A stretch of 64,000 bases of DNA, taken from the NCBI GenBank assembly GCA_028715175.1, contig JAQUSJ010000001.1, forward strand, positions 404,550-468,549, read 5' to 3'. Position 1 is the first letter of the stretch, and every line of letters starts with the position of its first letter. The DNA comes from Candidatus Daviesbacteria bacterium (GTDB lineage: Bacteria > Patescibacteriota > Microgenomatia > Daviesbacterales > UBA10151). Both the position numbers and the translations under genes were made by a program. The notes under the pieces were generated by a model. That model ran no database searches. It worked only from the letters and a program-made list of their open reading frames with translations, and was not told the origin of the DNA. Shown piece by piece: positions 28,448 to 37,826 of the stretch.

Positions 28448-29523
28448 GATCTCAAGAAAAACGTATGGATTTACCTCTTCTCGTAACGACCGCGGTACTG
28501 GTACTTTTTGGTTTATTAATAGTTTACGATGCTTCGGTAATTAAAGGTTTAAATGATTTTAAGGATAATCTCTATTATATAAGACAACAGCTTGTTTGGA
28601 TGGCGATTGGCGTTTTTTCGTTGATTTTCTTTACCAGGTTCAATTATAGAAAATTTAAATTTCTTGCGGTTCCATTGCTTGTTTGTTCATTATTACTATT
28701 GGTTGCAGTCTTTATTCCGGGACTGGGGGTTTCGGGTGGAGGAGCCCACCGTTGGTTAAGATTTGGAAATGTGACAATTCAACCAGCTGAAATAATTAAA
28801 TTAACGGGAGTAATTTATTTGGCAGTGCTTTTTGAAAAGAAAATTAGAGCAGTCCCCTTTTTAATGTTGGTTGCGGGTATTACTTTTATCACTGCAGTTT
28901 TGCAAAAGGATCTTGGCTCTTCAGCTGTTTTTGTTTTTACTAGCTTTGCTATTTATTTTGCATCCGGGGGTCCGCTTTGGCATTTTGTTTTAACTATTCC
29001 GGTTGGAATAGCAGCTGCTGCGGCCTTAGTGTTAACTTCCGGTTACAGGAGCAAGAGAATACTGGCATTCTTAGATCCATTTTCTGACCCGCAAGGCTAT
29101 ACTTATCATATTCTTCAAGTTTTAATAGCGCTTGGATCCGGGGGGTTATTTGGCTTAGGTTTGGGGCATTCCAGGCAAAAATTTGCATATATTCCTGAGG
29201 CTCATACGGACTCCATTTTTGCTATTATCGGAGAGGAATTGGGATTTATGGGTGGGATTTTCGTGGTAGTATTATTTGCTATTCTCTTAATAAGAGGTTT
29301 TAGGATTGCACAAAATGCGGAAGACAATTTTGGAAAAATTTTAGGTTTGGGACTTACTTCCTGGTTGGGGATTCAAGCAATAATTAACCTCTCATCTATG
29401 ACATCTTTGCTCCCGCTGACAGGAGTGCCACTCCCTTTTATTTCATATGGAGGCTCTGCTCTGGTGGCAAATTTAACAGCAGTAGGGATTCTACTTAATA
29501 TTTCAAAACAAACGATGCAGTAA
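28444..29523 (+). CDS. ftsW: SEDS peptidoglycan polymerase FtsW
   Basis: GAHRWL, IQPAE, PEAHTDSIFA, TGVPLPFISYGGS; in the dcw cluster; ATGA coupling. Confidence 0.93.
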   Translation: MRSQEKRMDLPLLVTTAVLVLFGLLIVYDASVIKGLNDFKDNLYYIRQQLVWMAIGVFSLIFFTRFNYRKFKFLAVPLLVCSLLLLVAVFIPGLGVSGGGAHRWLRFGNVTIQPAEIIKLTGVIYLAVLFEKKIRAVPFLMLVAGITFITAVLQKDLGSSAVFVFTSFAIYFASGGPLWHFVLTIPVGIAAAAALVLTSGYRSKRILAFLDPFSDPQGYTYHILQVLIALGSGGLFGLGLGHSRQKFAYIPEAHTDSIFAIIGEELGFMGGIFVVVLFAILLIRGFRIAQNAEDNFGKILGLGLTSWLGIQAIINLSSMTSLLPLTGVPLPFISYGGSALVANLTAVGILLNISKQTMQ

Positions 29524-29569
29524 TTTATATGTTAATAGCGTAGAATTGTTACATGGAGAAATTGGAAAC

Positions 29570-30676
29570 ATGAAGATTTTAGTTACGGGGGCGCATTTTA
29601 CGCCGGCAGTGGCAGTTATTGAAGAACTGAAAAAGTTTGATGGGGCGAAAATAGTTTATGTTGGCAGAAGGACTACTTTGGAGGGTGATGGCTCTGCTTC
29701 ACCTGAGTCTCAAGTATTACCTGCGCTCGGGGTTAAATTTATTCCGATAATAACTGGCAGACTACAAAGATCTTTTACAATATACACCATCCCTTCTCTT
29801 TTTAAAATTCCTGTTGGTTTTATTCAGGCTTTATACATAATTTTATCGGAAAAGCCGGATGTAATTTTATCCTTTGGCGGATATGTGGCAGTGCCTGTTG
29901 TAATAGCTGGTTGGCTTTTTTCGATTCCGATTATTATTCATGAACAAACTCTGGTGTCGGGTTTGGCCAATAAAATAAGTGCATTTTGTGCAGATAAAAT
30001 TGCTGTATCTTTTGAACCAGATGTATTTAAGAGTGAAAAAGTTATTTTAACAGGTAATCCAATCAGGCGTGAAATTGTCGAAATATCCCAAGGTGTCAAG
30101 CTAACCCACCCTAGGGGTGGGTTAGAAGTGCCGACTATTTTAATCATGGGGGGTAATCAAGGGTCACATATTATTAATTTGGCTGTTGAAGAAGTTTTAA
30201 ATAAATTGACAAAATTAGCTTATGTGATTCATGCAACCGGAGATAATAAATATGGAGATTTTGAGAGGCTGGAGAGCTTGGGGAGATTTGGGGAGAGGTA
30301 TTTGGTAAAGAAATGGATCGGGAAAGGATATGGAGCAATTCTAAAAAAAGCCGATTTGGTAATTTCACGGGCAGGGATAAACACCCTGACAGAGTTAGCC
30401 TATTTGGGAAAGCCCGCATTAGTTATTCCAATTCCATATCTTTATCAAGACGAACAAAACAAAAATGCCGGATATTTTGAAAAACTTGGGTTAGTAAGAA
30501 TCCTGCCGCAGTCCAAATTGTCCGCAGAAGCATTATTTAAAAATATCAGGGTTATGTTAAGTGATTTGAATCAATTAATAGAAAGAGCGAAAAAAGCCAA
30601 GAAAGTTATCGTTCCCGATGCTGCTAAAAGATTAGCGCTTGAGACAATGCTTTTGGCAAAAAATCCTGAGGTGTGA
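29570..30676 (+). CDS. murG: MurG GlcNAc transferase
   Basis: SFGGY, HEQ, TGNPIR, GGNQGS, SRAG..TLTE, EQNKNA. Confidence 0.93.
   Translation: MKILVTGAHFTPAVAVIEELKKFDGAKIVYVGRRTTLEGDGSASPESQVLPALGVKFIPIITGRLQRSFTIYTIPSLFKIPVGFIQALYIILSEKPDVILSFGGYVAVPVVIAGWLFSIPIIIHEQTLVSGLANKISAFCADKIAVSFEPDVFKSEKVILTGNPIRREIVEISQGVKLTHPRGGLEVPTILIMGGNQGSHIINLAVEEVLNKLTKLAYVIHATGDNKYGDFERLESLGRFGERYLVKKWIGKGYGAILKKADLVISRAGINTLTELAYLGKPALVIPIPYLYQDEQNKNAGYFEKLGLVRILPQSKLSAEALFKNIRVMLSDLNQLIERAKKAKKVIVPDAAKRLALETMLLAKNPEV
30101..30125. repeat. Palindrome inside murG (encodes HPRGGL), same family as the recO insert
   Basis: CTAACCCACCC-TAG-GGGTGGGTTAG. Confidence 0.75.
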
Positions 30677-30714
30677 GCCTTGTACACACCTGGTGTGGGT
30701 AAATTTAAGAAAAT

Positions 30715-31518
30715 ATGGTTAGAAAAGAAAAAAGAAGATTTTTAAGATTTTCAAAAATTATTTTTTTATCACTTTTGGGTTTATTTATTTTAATAATTTT
30801 ACTGGCCACCCGTTCCAGTTTTTTTAGTATCAAACAAATAGAAATTCTAGGGGACAAAATAGGCTGTGCGGATAGCGACCAATTGAAAAATGAATCGGGT
30901 TTGTATGGACAAAATTTTTTCTTACTGAATAGTAAAAAATTACAAGAAAGACTAAGGACAAAATTCATCTGCATAAAGACTGTTACGGTTGGCCGTTTGA
31001 TTCCTGATAAAGTAAAACTGAAAATTGCCTCCAGGAAACCGGATGCAATTTTACTTAATCTTAAAGATAAACAGGCTTCCCCCAGTTTCTTAATTGAAAA
31101 TATTGCAACTCCCGAAGCCGCAGCGGCGCAGGATTCTTACGTGGTAGATAATGAAGGTGTGGTTTTCTCCAAAAGTATAGATAATTTGGATATTCCAAAA
31201 ATTTACATTTATGATTCAGATATTGCCGTTGGGAAGAAGTTGAAAAATAGTTTAATTAATAATTCTTTGAAGATTTTGGATAGAATTAAAAAATTTGGTG
31301 TAATTGCAAAAAAAAGCTTGATCGCTGAAAATTTTTTCATCATAAATCCGGACACAATGGATCCCAAAATAATTTTTCGATTAAATGACCAAATCGATAT
31401 TCAACTTGCATCTTTACAATTGATCCTGACTGACGCTAAAATAGACTTGAGAGAGCTCATGTTTATCGATTTAAGATTTGATAAACCGATTGTGAGATTT
31501 GCCCCTAAAAAGAATTAA
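30715..31518 (+). CDS. ftsQ: Cell division protein FtsQ/DivIB
   Basis: TM followed by a POTRA-like region, YVVDNEG, C-terminal IDLRF; precedes ftsA. Confidence 0.8.
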   Translation: MVRKEKRRFLRFSKIIFLSLLGLFILIILLATRSSFFSIKQIEILGDKIGCADSDQLKNESGLYGQNFFLLNSKKLQERLRTKFICIKTVTVGRLIPDKVKLKIASRKPDAILLNLKDKQASPSFLIENIATPEAAAAQDSYVVDNEGVVFSKSIDNLDIPKIYIYDSDIAVGKKLKNSLINNSLKILDRIKKFGVIAKKSLIAENFFIINPDTMDPKIIFRLNDQIDIQLASLQLILTDAKIDLRELMFIDLRFDKPIVRFAPKKN

Positions 31519-31580
31519 GAATGAGAAAACAATTAACCTTAATAAATAGTTTTAGGGAAGTACCGGATTAGTCCAAAAAA

Positions 31581-32885
31581 ATGGCAAAAGATAAAATTAT
31601 TTGCGGAATAGATGTCGGTTCATCAAAAATAGCAACTCTTATTGCATCAGTGGATGAATCCGGTAAAATAAATTTAATTGGAGTTTCTTCAACAGTTTCA
31701 AAAGGCGTAAAAAAAACACAGGTAGTTGATATAGATGAAGCAGTGGAAGCTATAACAGAATCTGTAGAGGCGGCCGAACGAATGGCCGGTTATTCTATTT
31801 CGCAAGCATTCATATCTCTCGGCGGACCTCAAATAGAAAGCGTTAATCAGCATGCAGTCGTAGCTGTTTCCGAGCCTGAAGGTGAGATTAAGGAATCAGA
31901 TGTGAGAAGGGTAAATGATGCGGCCCGGGCAATGCCGCTTCCTTCATCAAGAGAAATACTTCATGTGATCCCGCGTACTTTTACAGTTGATGGACAGGAA
32001 GGTATAAAAGATCCGACAGGAATGACCGGAGTGAGGCTTGAAACGGAAACACACATTATTACCGGCTCTGCAACTTCAATGAGAAATCTTGTCAAATGCA
32101 TTTCGCAAGTAGGAATTGATGTAACGGAATTAGTTTTTTCAGGTATTGCCTCGGCGTTGGCTGTTTTAACCGATACGGAAAAGGAATTAGGGGTGGTATT
32201 AGTCGATATTGGCGGAGAAACAACAGATGTTGTCGTTTTTATAGATGGATCTGTTGCTTATTCGTCAGTTGTACCGATTGGTGCACGTCATATCACTTCA
32301 GATATGGCTGTAGGGCTTCGGGTGTCACTCGAATCGGCAGAGAAAATCAAATTGTCGTTGAATAAGATTCCAAAAATTCCCGCAATGGCTGAAGAAGCAG
32401 AAGAAGAAAATAGTAAAGCTAACCTAAATCACAAGAAAAAAGATGAGGAGGTAATAGATGTTAAGTCTTTGGGGATTCAGGAGGACATACAAAAAATTTC
32501 CCGCAAATCAGTAGTTGACGGAATTATTAAACCCCGATTACAGGAGATATTTAAATTTGTTGGTAAAGAAATTAAAAAGAGCGGTTTTGGAACACAAACA
32601 CCGTCTGGTTTGGTGCTCTGCGGAGGCGGTGCCCAAACGATTGGAGTTTTGGAGCAGGCAAAATATGTACTCGGTTTTCCTGCAAGGCTTGGTACTATTG
32701 AAGGCTTGTCAGGACTTGTAGAAGAAATAGATTCTCCTGCGTTTGCATCTGCGGCCGGACTTATTTTTTATGGGGCGACACAAAATACTCAAGGTCAATT
32801 GCATATACCTGTTTTATCCGGAAGCTTACCGATTAAAGGAATGATTCAAAAAGGAATAGATTTAGTAAAATCATTTCTGCCCTAG
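31581..32885 (+). CDS. ftsA: Cell division protein FtsA
   Basis: GIDVGSSKI, AERMAG, GMTGVRLE, VDIGGETT, VLCGGG. Confidence 0.96.
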   Translation: MAKDKIICGIDVGSSKIATLIASVDESGKINLIGVSSTVSKGVKKTQVVDIDEAVEAITESVEAAERMAGYSISQAFISLGGPQIESVNQHAVVAVSEPEGEIKESDVRRVNDAARAMPLPSSREILHVIPRTFTVDGQEGIKDPTGMTGVRLETETHIITGSATSMRNLVKCISQVGIDVTELVFSGIASALAVLTDTEKELGVVLVDIGGETTDVVVFIDGSVAYSSVVPIGARHITSDMAVGLRVSLESAEKIKLSLNKIPKIPAMAEEAEEENSKANLNHKKKDEEVIDVKSLGIQEDIQKISRKSVVDGIIKPRLQEIFKFVGKEIKKSGFGTQTPSGLVLCGGGAQTIGVLEQAKYVLGFPARLGTIEGLSGLVEEIDSPAFASAAGLIFYGATQNTQGQLHIPVLSGSLPIKGMIQKGIDLVKSFLP

Positions 32886-32889
32886 GCTC

Positions 32890-33008
32890 TTGCAATTTTA
32901 AATAGTAATCTGTTATATTCTGCCCATAAGGAAGCTTTCAGTCATCAGACGTCAGTCGTCAGACAAAATTTTTGAAGTCTGATAGCTGATAGCTGATAGC
33001 TGACGACT
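32890..33008 (+). promoter_or_regulatory. ftsZ promoter and 5'UTR made of inverted heptamer arrays
   Basis: TTGCAA 32890-32895; TGtTATATT 32911-32919; (TCAGNCR)x4 at 32938-32964 versus (CTGATAG)x3 plus CTGACGA at 32979-33006. Confidence 0.6.
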
Positions 33009-33011
33009 ATT

Positions 33012-34172
33012 ATGTTAATAAAACCTGATGTTCAACGATTTGCCAAGATTAAAGTGATGGGATTGGGAGGTGGCGGTTCCAATTCTTTAAACTTAATGAT
33101 CTCCATGCAACAGATTCAAGGAGTAGAGTTTGTGGCTGTAAATACAGATGCCCAGGCTTTGCTTAATAACCAATCTCCTACTAAAGTTCAAATCGGAGAA
33201 ACTTTAACCAAGGGATTGGGCTCGGGAGGAGATCCCGAAGTGGGCAGGCAAGCTGCTGAAGAATCCTCGCAAAAACTTGAAGATGTGTTGTCTGATGCCG
33301 ATATGGTATTTCTAACTGCCGGAATGGGCGGAGGAACAGGAACAGGTTCCATACCGATTGTGGCTCAGGTTGCAAAAAATCTGGGCGCTTTGACTGTTGC
33401 TGTTGTTACCAAGCCTTTTTCTTTTGAAGGTACAAGACGCATGATGGTGGCGGAAGAAGGGATAGAAAAACTTAAAGATAAAGTAGATGCCTTGATTGTT
33501 ATTCCTAATCAGCGGCTTTTGGAAACGGTTGAAAAAAATATGACTTTACAGGAGGCATTCAAATTGGCAGATTCGGTGTTGGGTCAGGGCGTCCAGGGTA
33601 TTTCCGATTTGATTACAATGCCGGGTCTTATTAATGTTGATTTTGCCGATGTAAAAACTATTATGTCTAATGCCGGTTCGGCACTCATGGGAATCGGTGT
33701 GGCAGGCGGAGACAATCGGGCTGCCGCGGCGGCCAGGATGGCAATAGCATCACCGCTTCTCGAAGTTTCAATTGAGGGAGCAAAAGGCGTGCTTTTCAAT
33801 ATTGTCGGCGGATCTGATTTGTCAATGACAGAGGTGAATGAAGCTGCTCAAATCATTGCCCAGGCTGCAGATCCGGATGCCAATATAATCTTTGGTGCAA
33901 CTATTAAAGAAGATCAGTTGGATCAGATAAAGATTTCGGTTATAGCAACAGGTTTTGACGAAACAAGAAGAAGGTTGCGGGAGTATATAGGGACCGGTAT
34001 AGGCTCCGGTTCTCTTCAACAACAAACTAATCCCTGGGTAAAATCAACTCCGGTAGCGGATGAGCCCGAAATACCGCAAGCATTATCAGAGCAAGAAGAA
34101 ACCGTCAATGAACAGACTAATGAAAATGATGAAGATTTAGAAATCCCCGCATTTCTGCGGTCTAACCGCTAA
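33012..34172 (+). CDS. ftsZ: Cell division protein FtsZ
   Basis: [30 protein letters not shown]-terminal EIPAFLR. Confidence 0.98.
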   Translation: MLIKPDVQRFAKIKVMGLGGGGSNSLNLMISMQQIQGVEFVAVNTDAQALLNNQSPTKVQIGETLTKGLGSGGDPEVGRQAAEESSQKLEDVLSDADMVFLTAGMGGGTGTGSIPIVAQVAKNLGALTVAVVTKPFSFEGTRRMMVAEEGIEKLKDKVDALIVIPNQRLLETVEKNMTLQEAFKLADSVLGQGVQGISDLITMPGLINVDFADVKTIMSNAGSALMGIGVAGGDNRAAAAARMAIASPLLEVSIEGAKGVLFNIVGGSDLSMTEVNEAAQIIAQAADPDANIIFGATIKEDQLDQIKISVIATGFDETRRRLREYIGTGIGSGSLQQQTNPWVKSTPVADEPEIPQALSEQEETVNEQTNENDEDLEIPAFLRSNR

Positions 34173-34185
34173 TATTCAAACTAAT

Positions 34186-34356
34186 AAGCAGCTTGTCACA
34201 CTACAAAAAATCGCTCGCACGGTATAAGCAAGCTTGAAAACGTTGTTTTTAAACTTGCTCGCTTGCGAGTATTTTGTGGAAAGCGATTCCAAAATTCCGA
34301 AGTAAGTTAAGCACAAAATCCTCAACATTTTTTGTTAGTTTGTGACTTCGCTGCTT
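34186..34356. repeat. Structured intergenic repeat, copy B
   Basis: Terminal arms AAGCAGC and GCTGCTT; homologous to 19202-19349 with an extra internal hairpin. Confidence 0.85.
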
Positions 34357-34357
34357 T

Positions 34358-34386
34358 TTGACAAAAGATTAAGAAATTGGTATTAT
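34358..34386 (+). promoter_or_regulatory. sigma70 promoter of the Ile leader
   Basis: TTGACA 34358-34363, 17-bp spacer, TG-g-TATTAT 34378-34386. Confidence 0.85.
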
Positions 34387-34399
34387 CTTGAGTATTGTT

Positions 34400-34468
34400 A
34401 TGAATATGCGAAGAATAGAAATTATTGACATTATTATTGCCCCCAGGAAGGGAGGGTTCTTCGCGTAA
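34400..34468 (+). CDS. Ile-rich attenuation leader peptide MNMRRIEIIDIIIAPRKGGFFA (not in the ORF track)
   Basis: 6 Ile in 8 consecutive codons (34415-34438); lies between a promoter and a terminator, upstream of ileS. Confidence 0.85.
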   Translation: MNMRRIEIIDIIIAPRKGGFFA

Positions 34469-34494
34469 CTTAAATTAAGTTTCGCAGAAAGGAG

Positions 34495-34521
34495 AACCTC
34501 CCAAAATAGGGAGGTTTTTTT
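34495..34521 (+). terminator. Intrinsic terminator of the attenuator; competing antiterminator spans 34450-34502
   Basis: AACCTCCC-AAAATA-GGGAGGTT with T7; GGGAGGGTTCT (34450-34460) complements AGAACCTCCC (34493-34502) with one bulge. Confidence 0.85.
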
Positions 34522-34530
34522 GTGGAAAAA

Positions 34531-34911
34531 ATGAGTGCAGTAGAAGTAGATGACTTTTTCACTCCCGAGGAGAGAAGTACAATAGTAGATTGTAGTTACC
34601 GGTTTGCATCCGGACAAATATGTCTTGATACATCATCGCGACCATTCTTAAATCTGGGAGCAAAGGGTTTTCTTATATCGAAAGGTTTAGATCCTCACGA
34701 ACGCGCTGTATTAGAACAACTGGGTAGAGTCTGGGGTTTCTATGAGATTTTTGATCAGATAAAGGGAAGACTAGAAGCATTACGGGATCCTGCTGATTTT
34801 ATTGCTAGTCAACTTGGTATTCAATCAGAAACGTTAGCTAAGGGACAGTTATCACCTGGGCAGAAGTTTAGAATTTTAAGTGAAGCAGTCGATCTTTGTT
34901 ATCGGGGTTGA
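34531..34911 (+). CDS. Hypothetical protein between the attenuator and ileS
   Basis: Open frame from ATG 34531 (or GTG 34522); no motif recognised. Confidence 0.55.
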   Translation: MSAVEVDDFFTPEERSTIVDCSYRFASGQICLDTSSRPFLNLGAKGFLISKGLDPHERAVLEQLGRVWGFYEIFDQIKGRLEALRDPADFIASQLGIQSETLAKGQLSPGQKFRILSEAVDLCYRG

Positions 34912-35003
34912 ATTTGATAGCAAAACATTCGACGGTCGTGTATCAGTTTGTTATTTGGTTGTTATGCTGGTTTGGAATGGATTTTTTTGTTAGAATTCTT
35001 TAT

Positions 35004-37811
35004 ATGAGCAAATTTAAATCAGTTTCTTCGCAAGTTGATTTTCCTCAACTTGAGGAAGAGTTACTTGGGTTTTGGAAAAAGGAAAAGATTTTTGAAAAAT
35101 CTATCGACACCAGACCCGAGGATAAAAAATGGACCTTTTTGGATGGGCCTCCCTTTGTAACTGGTACGCCTCATTACGGCTCCCTTTTATCCAGCATTCC
35201 AAAAGATGTATTCGGTAGATATTGGACAATGAAAGGTTACAGAGTTCGAAGGGTTTGGGGGTGGGATGGACATGGTCTGCCGGTAGAAAATAAGGTAGAG
35301 ATAGAGCTTAAAATTAAAAGAAAAAAAGACATTGAGGAAAAAGTTGGAGTAAAGAGGTTTATTGAGGAGTGCTTAAAGTATGTTAATCAGGTTTCCTCTG
35401 AGTGGGAATGGTACATTACTCATATTGGCAGATGGGTTGATTTTCAACATGCTTACAAAACCTGGGATCTTTCTTACATGGAATCAGTGATGTGGGTTTT
35501 TAAGCAAATGTATGATAAAAATTTAATTTACAAAGGCTTGAGAGTTTCGCTGTATTGCCCGCATTGCGCCACGCCGATTTCTAATTTTGAAGTTGCCATG
35601 GATGCTGATAATTACAAAGATATAAAAGAGTTAACTGCAGTTTATAAATATCAACTTAAAAAAGATAAAAATACTTATCTTTTGGCCTGGTCAACAACCC
35701 CGTGGAATAAATTAGTGACCTCAGGATTGGCAGTAAACCCGAAACTAACTTATGTCAAAGTTTCCCAGGGTAAAGAAAATTATATTTTAGCTAAAGACAC
35801 ACTGAAAGTACTAAAAAACGAGCAATATAAAATATTAGAAGAGTTTAAAGGCAAAGATTTGTCAGGAACAGAATTTGTGCCTTTGTATAATTTTTATAAA
35901 ATTGAATCTGGGAAAAAAGCATTTATTGTAGTAGGGGATGTATTCGTTACCTCAGAAGAAGGTACAGGGGTAGTAACTTTAGCTCCATATGGAGAAGAAG
36001 ATTTGGCTGTAATGCAAAGAGAGAATATTCAAATGGTTCTGCATATAGATGATGAGGGGATGATTAAAGATTCTGTACCAAAGTTTGGAGGAATGCATTA
36101 CCTCGATGCAGACAAGTTAATAATTGAGGATTTAGAGCAAAGAAATGCTGTATATAAGTTAGATGAATATACTCACTCCGTGCCTCATTGTTGGCGCTGT
36201 TCCACTAGACTTTTTTATGCGCCAAAAGACGCCTGGTATGTAAATATACAAAAACTTAAACCGCAACTGTTTAAAAATAATGAACCAATTAATTGGTTTC
36301 CTAAACATTTTAAGTTTGGTAGGTTTGCCAAAAGCATGGAAGCTGCCCCTGACTGGAATATTTCCAGAAACAGGTATTGGGGTTCACCTGTGCCGGTTTG
36401 GGAATGTGAATGTGGAGAGTTAATAGTGCCCGGTTCTATAAGGGAGTTAGAAGAGCTTTCCGGTAAAAAAATTACTAACCTTCATAAGCCGGATATTGAC
36501 GAAGTAAAAATAAAATGTCCGAAATGCTCTAAATTTGCAAAAAGGGTTCCTGAAGTTTTGGATTCCTGGATTGAAGCAGGTTCTGCTTCTTTTGCCGAAA
36601 GACATTTTCCTTTTGAAAAAGATATTAAGCTAGAAGATTTTTTCCCGCCGGATTTTATAGCAGAATATACAGGTCAAATCAGAGCCTGGTTTTATGTTCT
36701 TCATGTGATTGGAACAGCGCTCTATGACTCTGCGGCTTTTAAAAATGTTTTGGTAGAAGGGGTGATGCTGGGTACTGATGGTAGAAAGATGAGCAAAAAC
36801 TACAATAATTATCCGGATCCTAAGGAGCTAATGCAAAAGCATGGAGGGGATGCGTTAAGACTTTATCTTTTAGGCTCCCCTATTATGAAAGGAGAGGATG
36901 TTAATTTTTCAAATGATGGAGTACCAGAGGTTACAAGGGGTTTTATGTTGATTTTATGGAACTGCTATAAATATTTTGTTGACTATGCAACCACTTTTGA
37001 GTGGGAAAAAAGTAATTTGCAAAACTTAAATATTTTGGACAAATGGATTTTATCAAAGCTTGCAAAACTTATCATAGAGGTAACAAAAAGTTATGAAAAA
37101 TACGATACTTTTTCGGCTGTAAAACTACTACGGGAGTTTATTGTTAATGATTTATCAACCTGGTATATCAGAAGGTCAAGGGAGAAAATTAGCGGTGGAA
37201 GTGATGCTGTAAGAAATACATCCTTAAGCGTATTATACAAAGTTTTAGTAACTTACTGCAAAATTCTCTCCCCTATTGCTCCTTTTGTATCTGAGGAAAT
37301 TTTTAAGAATTTGACTGGAGACGAATCTGTTCACTTGCAGGAGTTTCCTGGTGAAGATAAATCAATGTTGGATGAAAAATTAATGGAAGATATGATTGTG
37401 GTAAGAAAAATTGCAGAAACCAGTCATGCCAAAAGAAAAGAGACGGGGATTAAACTGAGACAACCTCTTACCTCTGTTTTATACAAATTGCCAGAGAGAT
37501 TAAATGAAGAATTGGAAAAAATTCTTGCGGAAGAACTTAATGTTAAACATGTTGAGTATAAAAAGTCCTCATCTGCGGAACAGCAGGTAGTTTTGAATAC
37601 TAATATTACTCAAGGGCTGGCAGAGGAGGGGGTGGCAAGAGATTTGATTAGGAAAATACAACAACTTAGGAAGCAGCAAGGTTTAACTTTAGCTGATAAA
37701 ACTAAAATTATTGCCCCCTCTTGGCCAAAATCTTTTGAGAAACAAATAATCGCGGGTACGGCTTCTGTTTCAATAGAAAAAGGTCCAGAATTCAAGGTTT
37801 TGAAGGTATAA
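35004..37811 (+). CDS. ileS: Isoleucine--tRNA ligase, type 2-like with non-canonical motifs
   Basis: DGPPF..G.PHYGS, WDGHGLP, DWNISRNRYWG, EVLDSW, KMSKN; start ATG 35004. Confidence 0.93.
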   Translation: MSKFKSVSSQVDFPQLEEELLGFWKKEKIFEKSIDTRPEDKKWTFLDGPPFVTGTPHYGSLLSSIPKDVFGRYWTMKGYRVRRVWGWDGHGLPVENKVEIELKIKRKKDIEEKVGVKRFIEECLKYVNQVSSEWEWYITHIGRWVDFQHAYKTWDLSYMESVMWVFKQMYDKNLIYKGLRVSLYCPHCATPISNFEVAMDADNYKDIKELTAVYKYQLKKDKNTYLLAWSTTPWNKLVTSGLAVNPKLTYVKVSQGKENYILAKDTLKVLKNEQYKILEEFKGKDLSGTEFVPLYNFYKIESGKKAFIVVGDVFVTSEEGTGVVTLAPYGEEDLAVMQRENIQMVLHIDDEGMIKDSVPKFGGMHYLDADKLIIEDLEQRNAVYKLDEYTHSVPHCWRCSTRLFYAPKDAWYVNIQKLKPQLFKNNEPINWFPKHFKFGRFAKSMEAAPDWNISRNRYWGSPVPVWECECGELIVPGSIRELEELSGKKITNLHKPDIDEVKIKCPKCSKFAKRVPEVLDSWIEAGSASFAERHFPFEKDIKLEDFFPPDFIAEYTGQIRAWFYVLHVIGTALYDSAAFKNVLVEGVMLGTDGRKMSKNYNNYPDPKELMQKHGGDALRLYLLGSPIMKGEDVNFSNDGVPEVTRGFMLILWNCYKYFVDYATTFEWEKSNLQNLNILDKWILSKLAKLIIEVTKSYEKYDTFSAVKLLREFIVNDLSTWYIRRSREKISGGSDAVRNTSLSVLYKVLVTYCKILSPIAPFVSEEIFKNLTGDESVHLQEFPGEDKSMLDEKLMEDMIVVRKIAETSHAKRKETGIKLRQPLTSVLYKLPERLNEELEKILAEELNVKHVEYKKSSSAEQQVVLNTNITQGLAEEGVARDLIRKIQQLRKQQGLTLADKTKIIAPSWPKSFEKQIIAGTASVSIEKGPEFKVLKV

Positions 37812-37826
37812 TTTCACCTTAAGAAG

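Noticed and set aside
34186-34521. T-box riboswitch upstream of ileS
   Set aside because: No T-box consensus (TGGNACCGCG) or stem I motifs seen; the structured part is a repeat copy lying upstream of the promoter
34369-34617. 82-aa minus-strand ORF across the attenuator
   Set aside because: Antisense shadow of the leader, terminator and orphan; the plus-strand promoter, uORF and terminator explain the sequence
34896-35003. 36-aa N-terminal extension of IleRS in the ORF track
   Set aside because: IleRS-like sequence begins at MSKFKSV (35004), which has a -10 box at leaderless spacing; similar over-extended starts were trimmed for several other genes
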